Assembly (NCBI GenBank): GCA_035315345.1
Contig: DATFYA010000187.1
Coordinates: forward strand, 3,436 to 67,435
DNA length: 64,000 bases
Source of the DNA: Candidatus Methylomirabilota bacterium
GTDB taxonomy: Bacteria > Methylomirabilota > Methylomirabilia > Rokubacteriales > CSP1-6
Direction of reading: 5' to 3'
The notes under the pieces are model-generated. The model saw only the letters and a program-made list of their open reading frames with translations. It did no database searches and was not told the DNA's origin. The number at the start of each line of letters is the position of its first letter. Position 1 is the first letter of the stretch. Below are positions 47,680-57,187 of this stretch, piece by piece. A program made the position numbers and the translations under genes.

Positions 47680-48370
47680 GGATGTCGGCGTACGCTACGG
47701 ACGCACCCGCGCGCTGGACGGCGTCAGCCTCACCGTGAGCGCCGCCGAGTTCGTGTGCCTCATCGGGGCCAACGGGGCGGGGAAGACGACCACGCTCAAG
47801 GCCATCTCCGGCCTGGTGCGGGCCGCGGCCGGGCGCATCGTGTTCGATGGGCGCGAGATCCAGCGCCTGGCGCCGCAGGAGATCCTGCGCCGGGGCATCG
47901 CGCATTGCCCGGAGGGCCGCCGGGTCTTTCCGTACATGACGGTGGACGAGAACCTCCAGATGGGCGCCTACGTGCGCACCGATGCCGCGGACGTCGCCCG
48001 CGATCGGGAGCGGGTGTTCGCGCACTTTCCGATCCTGGCCGAGCGGCGCCGGCAGCCGGCCGGGACGCTGTCCGGCGGCGAGCAGCAGATGCTGGCGATC
48101 GGCCGCTGCCTCATGGCGCGCCCGCGCCTCATCCTGTTCGACGAGCCGTCGCTGGGACTGGCGCCGACCGTCACCGAGTCCGTGTTCCAGATCATTTCGG
48201 GCATCCAGCGGGAGGGGACGACCGTGCTGATGGTGGAGCAGAATGCCTACATGGCCCTGCAGCTGGCCGGCCGCGCCTACGTCATGGAGACCGGCCGCAT
48301 CACCCTGGAGGGCCCGGCCCGCGACCTCATGCACAACGACCGCGTCAAGCACGCCTACCTCGGCGGCTGA
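47666..48370 (+). CDS. livF: branched-chain amino-acid-type ABC transporter ATP-binding protein
   Basis: MLTLEDVGVRYG... with Walker A GANGAGKTT, signature LSGGEQQMLAIGR, Walker B ILFDEPSLGL. It overlaps livG by 14 nt. Confidence 0.85.
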   Translation: MLTLEDVGVRYGRTRALDGVSLTVSAAEFVCLIGANGAGKTTTLKAISGLVRAAAGRIVFDGREIQRLAPQEILRRGIAHCPEGRRVFPYMTVDENLQMGAYVRTDAADVARDRERVFAHFPILAERRRQPAGTLSGGEQQMLAIGRCLMARPRLILFDEPSLGLAPTVTESVFQIISGIQREGTTVLMVEQNAYMALQLAGRAYVMETGRITLEGPARDLMHNDRVKHAYLGG

Positions 48371-48426
48371 CGACACGAACGAACGAACCCGCATGAACCA
48401 CGAACGAATGTCCGCCGATTGGGGGA

Positions 48427-48458
48427 GTGCGGGGGCCATGTCTGGGCCCCCGCAGCTG
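48427..48458. repeat. REP-B hairpin (GTGCGGGGGCC-N6-GGCCCCCGCAGCTG), inverted-orientation copy of 39471..39502
   Basis: 11-bp G/C stem after the livF stop. GAAC-rich direct repeats (ACGAACGAACGAAC...GAACCACGAACGAA) lie just upstream at 48377-48410. Confidence 0.6.
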
Positions 48459-48475
48459 AACAGGGGTCACGGTTG

Positions 48476-50827
48476 ATGGGCGCAAAGTATTTTGGTGCAT
48501 CGGTCAAGCGCAAGGAAGACCCGCGCTACCTGCGCGGCGAAGGCCGCTACGTGGACGACATCAAGCTGCCCGGCATGCTCCACGCCGCCTTCGTGCGCAG
48601 CCCGTACGCGCACGCCCGCATCACCGCGATCCGCCCCGAGGCGGCCCGACGGCTGCCCGGCGTCGCCCACGTGTTCACGTTCGCGGACCTGGAGCGCTGG
48701 ATGAAGCCGCTGCCGCTCTTCGGCGCGATCCCCCCGGGCCTGGCCGCGCGCGTGCAGGTGACGATGAGACAGGTCGGTCAGCTCGCCATGTGCCGGGACG
48801 AGGTGCGGCACGTGGGCGAGATCGTGGCCATGGTGCTGGCGTCGAGCCGCGCGGTCGCCGAGGACGGCTGCGAGCGGGTGGAGGTGGACTACGAGCCGCT
48901 CCCGGTGCTGGCCGACGTGATCACGGCCGGCGAGCCCGGGGCGCCCGTGCTCTATCCCGAGTGGGGCGACAACGTGGCGCTCTCATTCAAGACCGGCTTC
49001 GGCGACGTCGAGGCGGCGCTGCGCCAGGCCGATGCCCGGGTGCGGGAGCGCTTCGTCATCCCGCGCTACGTGGGCATGCCCATCGAGACGCGCGGGGTGG
49101 TCGCGCAATGGGATCAGCGCGACGGCAGCCTCACCACCTGGAACGGCACCCAGGTCGTGCACTTCGTCCAGCAGGGTCTGGTGGCCGCGCTCGGGCTGCC
49201 GCCGAGCCGCGTTCGCGTCATCGCCCCCGACGTCGGGGGCGGCTTCGGCACCAAGGCCAACGGCTATCCGGAGGACCTGCTCATCCCCGCCGCGGCGATC
49301 GCGTCACGCCGGCCGGTGAAGTGGACCGAGGATCGGCGCGAGCACATGATGGGCTCGGCGCACGCGCGCGCGCAGGTGCACGACATCGAGATCGCGGCCC
49401 GCCGTGACGGCACCATGCTGGCGGTGCGCGACCGCATCTGGGTCGATCTGGGGGCCTACAACTCCTGGGGCATCGTGCTGCCGTACAACACGGTCGCCCA
49501 TCTGCTCGGCCCGCATCGCGTCCCCAATCTGGACGTGGAGTGCCGCGGGATCGTGACCACCAAGACGCCCAACGCGCCGTATCGGGGCGCGGGCCGTCCC
49601 GAGACCGTCTTCGCGATGGACCGCATCGTGGACTGCCTGGCCCGCGAGCTGCGCCTGGACCCGGCCGAGCTGCGCCGGCGCAACTACCTTGCCCAGGCCG
49701 ACATGCCCTACGAGCTGAACATCCCGTACCGCGACGGCAATCCGCTCGTGTACGACAGCGGCGACTGCAAGGCCTCGCTCGAGGACGCGCTTCGTGCGGT
49801 CGGCTACGAGGCCCTGCGTGCCGAGCAGGCCCGGCTCCGCGAGCGGGGCATCTACCGCGGCATCGGTCTCTCCGGCTACGTGGAGGGCACCGCGATCGGG
49901 CCCTACGAGGGCGCGACCGTGAAGCTCGACGCCTCGGGTCATGCCACCGTGGCCACCGGCGCGTGCAGCCAGGGCCAGGGCCACGAGACCTCGTTCGCGC
50001 AGATCGCGGCGGACGCGCTGGGCATCCCGCTCGAGTGGGTGACCGTGGTGGGCGGCGACACCGCGGCCATTCCGTTCGGGGTGGGCACGTTTGCCTCGCG
50101 CAGCGCGGTGAACGCGGGCAGCTCGATCCACGAGGCGTCGGGCCGCGTGCGCGAGAAGATCGTCACCGCGGCGGCCGCCCTGCTCGAGGCCGCGCCCGCC
50201 GACATCGAGGTCGCCGACGGTGTGGTCTCGGTGCGCGGGGCGCCGGGATCGGCCACGCCACTGGCCGGGGTGATCCGGGCCGCGATCCCGACCTTCGCGA
50301 AGCCCGGTGTGGCCTCGCCCGATTTCGAGGCGACGGTCTATCACCATCAGCCCACCGTGACCTACACGAACGCGGTCCACGTGGCGGTGGTGGACGTGGA
50401 TCCGGGCACCGGCGCGGTGAAGCTCCTCCGTTACCTGGTCGCCCACGACTGCGGCAAGCTCATCAATCCGGTGATCGTCGAGGGCCAGATCCACGGGGGC
50501 GTCGCCCAGGGCATCGGCGGCGGGCTGCTCGAGGAGATGGTCTACGACGAGCAGGCCCAGCTCCTCACCGGCACGTTCATGGACTACCTGGTGCCGACCG
50601 CGATGGAAGTGCCCGCCATCGAGACGGTCCACCTCGAGTACCCGTCGCCCCGCAATCCGCTCGGCATCAAGGGCATCGGCGAGGGCGGCGCCATCTCGCC
50701 GCCGGCCGCCATCGCCAACGCGGTGGAGGACGCGCTGTCGCCCTGGGGCGTGCGGGTGACGCGCACGCCGCTGGGCCCGTCGGTCGTGCTCGGGCTGCTG
50801 GAGCGCGCCGGGGCGAAGCCGGCATGA
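48476..50827 (+). CDS. xanthine dehydrogenase family molybdopterin-binding large subunit (CoxL/aldehyde-oxidoreductase-like molybdo-hydroxylase)
   Basis: MGAKYFGASVKRKEDPRYLRGEGRYVDDIKLPGMLHAAFVRSPYAHARI... 783 aa with Ald_Xan_dh_C and C2 domains. Active-site loop GAYNSWG. Confidence 0.85.
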   Translation: MGAKYFGASVKRKEDPRYLRGEGRYVDDIKLPGMLHAAFVRSPYAHARITAIRPEAARRLPGVAHVFTFADLERWMKPLPLFGAIPPGLAARVQVTMRQVGQLAMCRDEVRHVGEIVAMVLASSRAVAEDGCERVEVDYEPLPVLADVITAGEPGAPVLYPEWGDNVALSFKTGFGDVEAALRQADARVRERFVIPRYVGMPIETRGVVAQWDQRDGSLTTWNGTQVVHFVQQGLVAALGLPPSRVRVIAPDVGGGFGTKANGYPEDLLIPAAAIASRRPVKWTEDRREHMMGSAHARAQVHDIEIAARRDGTMLAVRDRIWVDLGAYNSWGIVLPYNTVAHLLGPHRVPNLDVECRGIVTTKTPNAPYRGAGRPETVFAMDRIVDCLARELRLDPAELRRRNYLAQADMPYELNIPYRDGNPLVYDSGDCKASLEDALRAVGYEALRAEQARLRERGIYRGIGLSGYVEGTAIGPYEGATVKLDASGHATVATGACSQGQGHETSFAQIAADALGIPLEWVTVVGGDTAAIPFGVGTFASRSAVNAGSSIHEASGRVREKIVTAAAALLEAAPADIEVADGVVSVRGAPGSATPLAGVIRAAIPTFAKPGVASPDFEATVYHHQPTVTYTNAVHVAVVDVDPGTGAVKLLRYLVAHDCGKLINPVIVEGQIHGGVAQGIGGGLLEEMVYDEQAQLLTGTFMDYLVPTAMEVPAIETVHLEYPSPRNPLGIKGIGEGGAISPPAAIANAVEDALSPWGVRVTRTPLGPSVVLGLLERAGAKPA

Positions 50828-51693
50828 AGGCCGCACCATTCGAGTACGTGGCGCCGGTCACCCTGGACGACGCGGTGGGCGCGCTGGCCGGCGAGGGCGG
50901 GGACGCCAAGGTCCTCGCCGGAGGACAGAGCCTGATCCCGATGCTCGCGCTCCGGCTGGCGCGGCCGACGCTGCTCGTCGACATCAACCACATCGCGGGC
51001 CTCGACGGCCTGCGCGAGTCGTCGGGCACGCTCGAGATCGGCGCGCTCGTGCGGCAGCGCCGTCTCGAGCGCTGGGCCGCGTCGCGCTCCGATCTCTTCG
51101 CCGAGGTGCTGCGCCACGTCGCCCATCCGCCGATCCGCAATCGCGGCACCGTGGTCGGCAACGTGGTCCATGCCGATCCCGCGTCGGAGCTGCCCGCGCT
51201 GCTGCTCTGCCTGGAGGGCGTCGTGGTCGCGCGCGGGCCCCGGGGCGAGCGCACCCTCGCGGCCGATCGGCTCTACCGGGCTCCGTTGACCACCTCACTG
51301 GGCGCCGACGAGGTGGCCACCGCGGTGCGCTTCGCCTTGCCGCCGGCGGGGGCGGGCTGGGGGTTCGCGGAAGTGTCGCGGCGGCACGGCGACTTCGCGC
51401 TGGTCGGCGCCGTCGCGGTTCTGGCCCGCGCGGCCGGCGGGCCGGTCACGCGCGCGCGCCTGGCCTTCTTCGGGGCCGGTGGCACCCCGATGCGGGGCGT
51501 GGCCGCCGAGCGGATCCTGGAAGGCCACGAGCCCACGCCGACCCGGCTCGGTGAGGCCGCGCGGGCGGCGGCGGCCGCGCTGTCGCCGGACGACGACATC
51601 CATGCCACCGCGGCCTACCGGCGGCGGGTGGCCGCGACGCTGGCCGAGCGCACCCTCGCGGCCGCCCTGGCGCGGTGCGGGAGCGGCGCATGA
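50824..51693 (+). CDS. molybdo-hydroxylase FAD-binding medium subunit (CoxM-like)
   Basis: ATGA overlap. [48 protein letters not shown]... with FAD_binding_5 and CO_deh_flav_C domains. Confidence 0.82.
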   Translation: MKAAPFEYVAPVTLDDAVGALAGEGGDAKVLAGGQSLIPMLALRLARPTLLVDINHIAGLDGLRESSGTLEIGALVRQRRLERWAASRSDLFAEVLRHVAHPPIRNRGTVVGNVVHADPASELPALLLCLEGVVVARGPRGERTLAADRLYRAPLTTSLGADEVATAVRFALPPAGAGWGFAEVSRRHGDFALVGAVAVLARAAGGPVTRARLAFFGAGGTPMRGVAAERILEGHEPTPTRLGEAARAAAAALSPDDDIHATAAYRRRVAATLAERTLAAALARCGSGA

Positions 51694-52169
51694 GCCGGAC
51701 GATCCGGTTGACCGTGAACGGCCAGGAGCACGAGCGCGCCGTCGAGCCGCGCACCACCCTGGCCGACTTCCTGAGAGAGGACCTCGAGCTGACCGGCACT
51801 CACGTCGGCTGCGAGCACGGCGTGTGCGGGGCCTGCACGGTGCTGCTCGACGACGAGCCGGTGCGCTCGTGCCTCATGCTCGCGGTGCAGGCCGACTCGC
51901 GGCGCATCACGACCATCGAGGGCGTGGCGCCCGCCGAGGGCCTCCATCCCATCCAGGAGGCGTTCTGGGCCAAGCACGGACTGCAGTGCGGCTACTGCAC
52001 GCCCGGCATCGTCATGAGCGCCTGCGCGTTTCTCCGCGAGCGCCCCGACCCCTCGCCGGAGGAGATCCGCGAGATGCTGGCCGGGCACCTGTGCCGCTGC
52101 ACCGGCTATCACTTCATCGTCGAGGCGATCGAGGCGGCGGCCCGCGCGCTCAGGGCGGCGGACAAGTAG
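51690..52169 (+). CDS. molybdo-hydroxylase (2Fe-2S)-binding small subunit (CoxS-like)
   Basis: ATGA overlap. [11 protein letters not shown] (plant-type 2Fe-2S) and CGYCTPG...CRCTGY (second cluster). 159 aa. Confidence 0.85.
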   Translation: MSRTIRLTVNGQEHERAVEPRTTLADFLREDLELTGTHVGCEHGVCGACTVLLDDEPVRSCLMLAVQADSRRITTIEGVAPAEGLHPIQEAFWAKHGLQCGYCTPGIVMSACAFLRERPDPSPEEIREMLAGHLCRCTGYHFIVEAIEAAARALRAADK

Positions 52170-52193
52170 GACGCCATCGGTCGGCCGCGCGGT

Positions 52194-52805
52194 TTACCCG
52201 ACCAGCGACCGCAGGCGCGCCAGGGCGTCGGGGCCGTCGAACTGCAGCGTGCGGAGGCCGATGCGGGCAGCGCCCTCGATGTTGTCGGCGCGGTCGTCGA
52301 CGAAGAGCGCCTGGGGCGGCTCGAGGCCGAGGCGCGCGAGGCAGTGGCGATAGATCCGCGGGTCCGGCTTGGACAGGCCGACCTCGCAGGAGATGACCAC
52401 TGCGTCGAAGAGGCGATCGATCGGTCGCTCGCTCCGCAGCTTTGCCATGACCTCGGGCCCGCTGTTGGACAGGAATGCGGTGCGGCCGCCCCGGGCTCGG
52501 AACCCGGCGGCGAGCGCCCACACCTCGTCGTCGTGGACGAGCCAAGACGCGACATCCTGCTCGATCAGCCAGGCCAGGTCAAGCGCGTCGACGGCGCGGG
52601 CGGAGCCGACTGTGGCGAGCACCCGCTGCCAGTACTCGCGCGCGGGCAGCCCGGCGTCGTACGTCTGGCGATGCTGCCAGTAGGCGGAACGGAGGGTGTC
52701 CGCCGTCGTGCCGATGCGGGCCGCCGCCGGATCGAACCAGCGCTGGTCCTGCGGGCGGCTCAGGACGTTGCCGTAGTCGAGGATCAAGCCGGCCGGACGC
52801 GTCAT
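52194..52805 (-). CDS. HAD-superfamily hydrolase (subfamily IA)
   Basis: Motif I LILDYGNV (DxG-type), motif III K in SKPDPRIY, motif [10 protein letters not shown]. About 203 aa. The upstream 216 codons of ORF 52194..53453 are read-through. Confidence 0.72.
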   Translation of the reverse strand: MTRPAGLILDYGNVLSRPQDQRWFDPAAARIGTTADTLRSAYWQHRQTYDAGLPAREYWQRVLATVGSARAVDALDLAWLIEQDVASWLVHDDEVWALAAGFRARGGRTAFLSNSGPEVMAKLRSERPIDRLFDAVVISCEVGLSKPDPRIYRHCLARLGLEPPQALFVDDRADNIEGAARIGLRTLQFDGPDALARLRSLVG

Positions 52806-52861
52806 CGAACTTCCTTGGGGCCCGATGCTACGCGAAGACGCGCCCGGCCGTTCGCTTCGGT

Positions 52862-53332
52862 TTACCGGACCATGATGCCCCCGAAGGAGCCGTAGCCGTC
52901 CTGCCCGTAGCCGGTGCTGAAGCCGCCGGCGCAGGAGCCCACGACCTTCCAGCTGCCGGGCGACGTCATCGCGCGGAGCTCGCCCGCCATGCACATCGTC
53001 GCCATGGAGCGAGGCGGGCCGCCCGGATCTCGCGGCGCCGGCGGCGGCACCATGTTGCGGTACCGGATGAGGCCGGCTTCCGCGTTGACGAGGCGCTCGA
53101 TGGCCTCCCAGCGGCGGGCCTGCCGGATCTGCTCCTCGCTGAGGGCCGGCTTGCCGATGCCCACCGGGCCGATCCACTCGGCCGCGTCCCGATGCGTGGT
53201 GGGGATGTCGATCTTGTACTGGGTGACCCGGGTAACGCCACGGTCGTCGGTGTATCTCCACTGCGCGTCGGCGTGACCGGCCAGCAGCAGAAGACCGGCG
53301 CCGAGCCCGATCGTCATCGCAAATCGCTTCAT
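52862..53332 (-). CDS. DUF4124-like small secreted protein
   Basis: Strong SD GAGGGAGAGGAT precedes the ATG. Signal MKRFAMTIGLGAGLLLLAGHADA, then WRYTDDRGVTRVTQYKIDIP (W-Y-x-D-x-G-V motif of DUF4124). Confidence 0.55.
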   Translation of the reverse strand: MKRFAMTIGLGAGLLLLAGHADAQWRYTDDRGVTRVTQYKIDIPTTHRDAAEWIGPVGIGKPALSEEQIRQARRWEAIERLVNAEAGLIRYRNMVPPPAPRDPGGPPRSMATMCMAGELRAMTSPGSWKVVGSCAGGFSTGYGQDGYGSFGGIMVR

Positions 53333-53578
53333 ATCCTCTCCCTCTGAGGGTCGTCTCGACCCGGACTTGTGAAGCGTCTTGACCAGGATGGATGGCAAGA
53401 GGCAGGCCACCCCTGGAGACCTGGTGAATCGGCGCGTTACGCTCAACCCGCAATCATTGCGCCGGGAAGTCTCCCCCTATGCCCAGAAGGGAATTTCCCA
53501 TGTTGGCGACTCGGCCGGTGCCGCGAGGGGGCGTGCTACGATGCGGCGACCGAAATTCTGCACAAGGGGGCGCGAGGG

Positions 53579-54361
53579 GTGTCGAGGCAAGACGAGGTCC
53601 TGGTGACTCGCGACGGGCCGGTGATGACGCTCACGTTCAATCGTCCCGAGGCGCACAACGCGCTCACCTGGAACATGTACGACCGCCTCTACGAGACGTG
53701 TGAAGAAGTCGACCGCGACGATTCGGTACGCGTGCTGGTGCTGCGGGGCGCCGGGGGCAAGGCGTTCGTGGCAGGCACCGACATCAGCCAGTTCCAGGCA
53801 TTCGAGCGGGCCGAGGACGGCATCGCCTACGAGCGCGACGGCGACCGACGCATGGCGCGCCTCGAGGCGGTGCGCAAGCCGGTGATCGCACAGGTCCAGG
53901 GCTTCGCGGTGGGCGGCGGCTTCCGCATCACCACGTGCTGCGATCTCCGTATCGCCACGCCGGAGGCGCGCTTCGGCGCGCCGATCGCCCGCACCCTCGG
54001 CAACTGCCTGTCCATGGCCGCCTACGCACGCTTCGTCGACATGTTCGGCCCCTCGCGCGTGAAGGAATTGCTGTTCACCGCGCGGCTGCTCACCGCGGAG
54101 GAGGCGCACGCGGCGGGCTACGTGCAGGAGATCGTGCCGGCGGACCGGATCGAGGCGCGGGTGGCTACGCTGGCGCGCCAGATCGCCGACCACGCGCCGA
54201 TCACGCTGTGGGTCACCAAGGAATCGATTCGTCGGCTCTCCGCGAGCCGGACGCTGCCCGAGGACGAGGACCTGATCGCCGCCACCTACACCAGCGCCGA
54301 TTTCCGGGAGGGCGTACGCGCCTTTCTCGACAAGCGTCCGCCGCGGTGGACCGGCCGGTGA
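53579..54361 (+). CDS. enoyl-CoA hydratase/isomerase (crotonase) family protein
   Basis: GTG start with SD AAGGGGG. VLVTRDGPVMTLTFNRPEAHNALT... with oxyanion-hole residues (GAGGKAFVAGTDI, GFAVGGG). 260 aa. The upstream 70 codons of ORF 53369 are unlikely to be translated. Confidence 0.75.
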   Translation: MSRQDEVLVTRDGPVMTLTFNRPEAHNALTWNMYDRLYETCEEVDRDDSVRVLVLRGAGGKAFVAGTDISQFQAFERAEDGIAYERDGDRRMARLEAVRKPVIAQVQGFAVGGGFRITTCCDLRIATPEARFGAPIARTLGNCLSMAAYARFVDMFGPSRVKELLFTARLLTAEEAHAAGYVQEIVPADRIEARVATLARQIADHAPITLWVTKESIRRLSASRTLPEDEDLIAATYTSADFREGVRAFLDKRPPRWTGR

Positions 54362-54368
54362 GAGCGCG

Positions 54369-54920
54369 ATGATCCGCGGCGTGCCCGGCCGCACCCCGCG
54401 CGTGCACCCGGAGGCCTACGTGGATCCGGCCGCCCAGGTGATCGGCGACGTGACGATCGACGCGGGGGCCAGCGTGTGGCCGTTCACGGTGCTCCGCGGC
54501 GACCAGGACAACTTCGTCAAGCTCGGCCGCAACTCCAACGTGCAGGACAACTCGGTGCTCCACGTCACCCCCGAGTTCCCGTGCATCGTCGGCGACAACG
54601 TGACGATCGGCCATCGGGCGGTCGTGCACGCGTGCACCGTCATGAGCAACTGCCGCATCGGCATCGGCGCGGTGGTGCTGACCGGGGCGGTCGTGGAGGA
54701 GGGCGCGCAGGTGGGCGCGGGCGCGCTGGTGCCGCCGGGCAAGGTGGTGCCGGCGGGCTGGCTCGTCATGGGCGTGCCGGCCAAGCCGGTGCGGAAGATG
54801 AGCCAGGACGAGCTCGACGACATCCTCCGCAACGCCGTCGAATATCTCGACCTCTGGCACCGCGACTATCGGGGTCAGGTCTTGCATTCCGACATTTCCG
54901 GGTCTGACCCCGGGAGCTGA
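54369..54920 (+). CDS. gamma-class carbonic anhydrase / hexapeptide-repeat (LbH, PaaY/CaiE-like) protein
   Basis: Left-handed beta-helix hexapeptide repeats with the His triad (HVTPEF...IGHRAVVHAC). The last about 16 codons derive from a palindromic repeat. Confidence 0.8.
   Translation: MIRGVPGRTPRVHPEAYVDPAAQVIGDVTIDAGASVWPFTVLRGDQDNFVKLGRNSNVQDNSVLHVTPEFPCIVGDNVTIGHRAVVHACTVMSNCRIGIGAVVLTGAVVEEGAQVGAGALVPPGKVVPAGWLVMGVPAKPVRKMSQDELDDILRNAVEYLDLWHRDYRGQVLHSDISGSDPGS
54871..54911. repeat. second (truncated) copy of the 27-bp-IR palindromic element seen at 20907..20991
   Basis: GGGGTCAGGTCTTGCATTCCGACATTT (1 mismatch versus copy 1) followed by a short complementary arm GGTCTGACCCC. A further CTGACCCC repeat lies at 54921-54932. 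Confidence 0.65.
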
Positions 54921-54935
54921 CGTCCTGACCCCCGA

Positions 54936-55724
54936 TCAGGGGACGTTCGGGGTGGCGCCGAGATCGCGGGCGGTCCGGAGATCGGCGGATTGATCGCGCA
55001 GGATCGTGGGGCTCATCACGATCTCCTCGATCACGGTGCGCGCGGGCAGGGTCACGCACAGCAGGATGGCGCGGGCCACGTCCTCGGCCTGCATCATGGT
55101 GGCCCGCGCCGTCTCGTCGGGCACCAGCGGCCGGTTGTCGAGGATCGGCGTGTCCACCTCGGCCGGCATGATGGTGGTGGCGCGGATGCCCTTCTCGCGC
55201 AGCACGGTGTGCACGTGGCCCATCAGGTTGCGGACGCCGGCCTTGGCCGCCCCGTACGGCGCGCCGCCGATGAGCCCGGGCTTCAGCGCGGCCAGCGAGC
55301 TGACCGTGATGATGGTCCCGCCGCCGCGCGCGATCATGCTGGGCAGGACCGCCTGGGTGAGCGCGTAGACGCCGGTCAGGTTCACGTTGACCACGGCGTC
55401 CCACTCGTCCTGGGGCACCCAGCGCACGTTGCGGGCCTTGCTGGAGTGGCCCGCGTTGTTCACCAGCACGTCCACCCGGCCGTACTGGGCCACCGTCCAC
55501 GCGGCGAGCGCGCGCGCCTCCGCAGGCCGCGCCACGTCGCACACGCGGGCCGCCGCGCGGCCGCCCGCCGCGGTGATCTCGCCGGCCACCGCCTCGATCG
55601 GCGCCTTGCGCCGGCCCGACACCACCACCAGCGCCCCCTCGGCCGCCAGCATCAGGGCCGCCGAGCGGCCGATGCCGGTGCCGCCACCCGTCATGATCGC
55701 CACCTGTCCGTCGAGCACTGCCAT
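54936..55724 (-). CDS. SDR-family short-chain dehydrogenase/reductase
   Basis: SD GGGAGGG. TGGGTGIGRS (cofactor site), NNAG, and catalytic YGAAK. Confidence 0.85.
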   Translation of the reverse strand: MAVLDGQVAIMTGGGTGIGRSAALMLAAEGALVVVSGRRKAPIEAVAGEITAAGGRAAARVCDVARPAEARALAAWTVAQYGRVDVLVNNAGHSSKARNVRWVPQDEWDAVVNVNLTGVYALTQAVLPSMIARGGGTIITVSSLAALKPGLIGGAPYGAAKAGVRNLMGHVHTVLREKGIRATTIMPAEVDTPILDNRPLVPDETARATMMQAEDVARAILLCVTLPARTVIEEIVMSPTILRDQSADLRTARDLGATPNVP

Positions 55725-55757
55725 GACCCGTCCCTCCCGTGATCTCGAGGCGGCGCC

Positions 55758-56381
55758 TCAGCGCCACGCCCAGACCGGCTGTTCGAAATGGTCCACGCGC
55801 GTGGGCCGCCCGTGCACCACGACCTCGCGCATCTGGTAGAGCACCGCCGCGGTGGGCGCGTGGATGAGCGTGCCGAGCAGCGGTAGCTGGATCACCGGCC
55901 GATCGCTCTCCGGGATGCTGATGAGCCGCGGCACGTCCGGCCCGTCCAGCTCGGCGAGCGGCACGCGATAGATCCCGGCGACCTCGTGCGGGTTGGCCAC
56001 CAGCTCGTGGTCGGGCTCGGCCCACACCACCACCGGGGTGATGATGAAGCCGGAGCGCGTGCCGTAGTCGTCGAGCACCCCGAGCACGGTGCTCTCGTCG
56101 AGGGTCAGGCCGACCTCCTCCTGTAGCTCGCGCAGGGCCGCGCGCTCGGCGGTCTCACCGGTGTCGACCCGTCCACCCGGCAGTGCCCACTGACCGGTAT
56201 GCCGGCGCAGCGTGGCGGCCCGCCGGGTGATGAGGAAGCAGGCGCGGCCCTCCTCGTCGGGCAACAGCACCTCCGCGACCGCCGCGCGCCGGCGCCCGTC
56301 GTCCGGCAGCGCGCGCCGCTCGAAGGCGGCCAGGTGGGCGCGCGCCCGGTCGAGCAGCGCGCTGTCCAGCCGCGCCGGCAC
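55758..56381 (-). CDS. NUDIX hydrolase (CoA pyrophosphatase NudL-like)
   Basis: Nudix box GGRVDTGETAERAALRELQEEVGL. The GTG start overlaps the upstream TAG by 1 nt (TAGTG). The upstream 191 codons of ORF 55758..56954 are antisense read-through. Confidence 0.68.
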   Translation of the reverse strand: MPARLDSALLDRARAHLAAFERRALPDDGRRRAAVAEVLLPDEEGRACFLITRRAATLRRHTGQWALPGGRVDTGETAERAALRELQEEVGLTLDESTVLGVLDDYGTRSGFIITPVVVWAEPDHELVANPHEVAGIYRVPLAELDGPDVPRLISIPESDRPVIQLPLLGTLIHAPTAAVLYQMREVVVHGRPTRVDHFEQPVWAWR

Positions 56382-57172
56382 TAGTAGGCCGGCAGCTTCC
56401 CGGTCTTGGTGCCGGTCTTGCGCACGATGCCGACTTCCTCGGCGGCCTTGGCCGCCATGTGCCGGCTGTCGCTGGCGAGGGTCACGAACTGATAGCCCTC
56501 GGCGATCATCTTGAGCGCGTAGGTCGCGGTGGCGTTGTGGATGCCCGCGACCACGTTGTGCCGCTTGCACGCCGCCGCGATCTTCTTCTGGGCGTCCACC
56601 ACCGGGGCGTCGGTCTGGTCGAGCCGGGGCTTCAGCCCCATGGCCAGGCTCAGGTCCGAGGGGCCCACGTAGATGGCGTCCACGCCGTCGACGCTCAGGA
56701 TGTCGTCGAGGTTCTTGAGCGCCTCCGCGGTCTCGATCATCGGCATCACGATGGTCTCGACGTTGGCGTGATCGCCGTAGTCGCCCCCCGCATAGAGGGA
56801 AGCGCGCACCGGTCCCCAGCTCCGGTAGCCGCGGGGCGGATACTTGCACGCGCGCACCATCGCCTCGGCCTCCTGCGGGGTGTTGATCATCGGACAGATG
56901 ACGCCGTAGGCGCCCGCGTCGAGGATCTTCATCAGGCGCGCCGGGTCGTTCCACGGCACCCGGGCCAGCGGCACCACCCCGAGCGTCGAGATGCCCTGCA
57001 GCATGCTCACCGCCACCTGGTAGTCCACCACGCCGTGCTGCATGTCGATGGTGAGCGAGTCGAACCCCTGGTGGGCCATCACCTCGGCCGAGAAGCCGCT
57101 CGGAATGGACAGCCAGCCGTTGACCACCGCCTCACCCCTGCCCCAGATCTTCTTCAGCGCGTTCTCTCTCAT
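56381..57172 (-). CDS. HpcH/HpaI aldolase / citrate-lyase beta-like family protein
   Basis: 263 aa with a TIM-barrel aldolase family signature (GVDAIYVGPSDLS, metal-binding E/D). Confidence 0.82.
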   Translation of the reverse strand: MRENALKKIWGRGEAVVNGWLSIPSGFSAEVMAHQGFDSLTIDMQHGVVDYQVAVSMLQGISTLGVVPLARVPWNDPARLMKILDAGAYGVICPMINTPQEAEAMVRACKYPPRGYRSWGPVRASLYAGGDYGDHANVETIVMPMIETAEALKNLDDILSVDGVDAIYVGPSDLSLAMGLKPRLDQTDAPVVDAQKKIAAACKRHNVVAGIHNATATYALKMIAEGYQFVTLASDSRHMAAKAAEEVGIVRKTGTKTGKLPAY

Positions 57173-57187
57173 GGCTCTCCCGATGGG

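Noticed and set aside
53369-53578. 70-codon N-terminal extension of the enoyl-CoA hydratase ORF
   Set aside because: It is Cys/Arg/Trp-rich with no conservation. The GTG at 53579 has an SD and yields the standard crotonase N-terminus.
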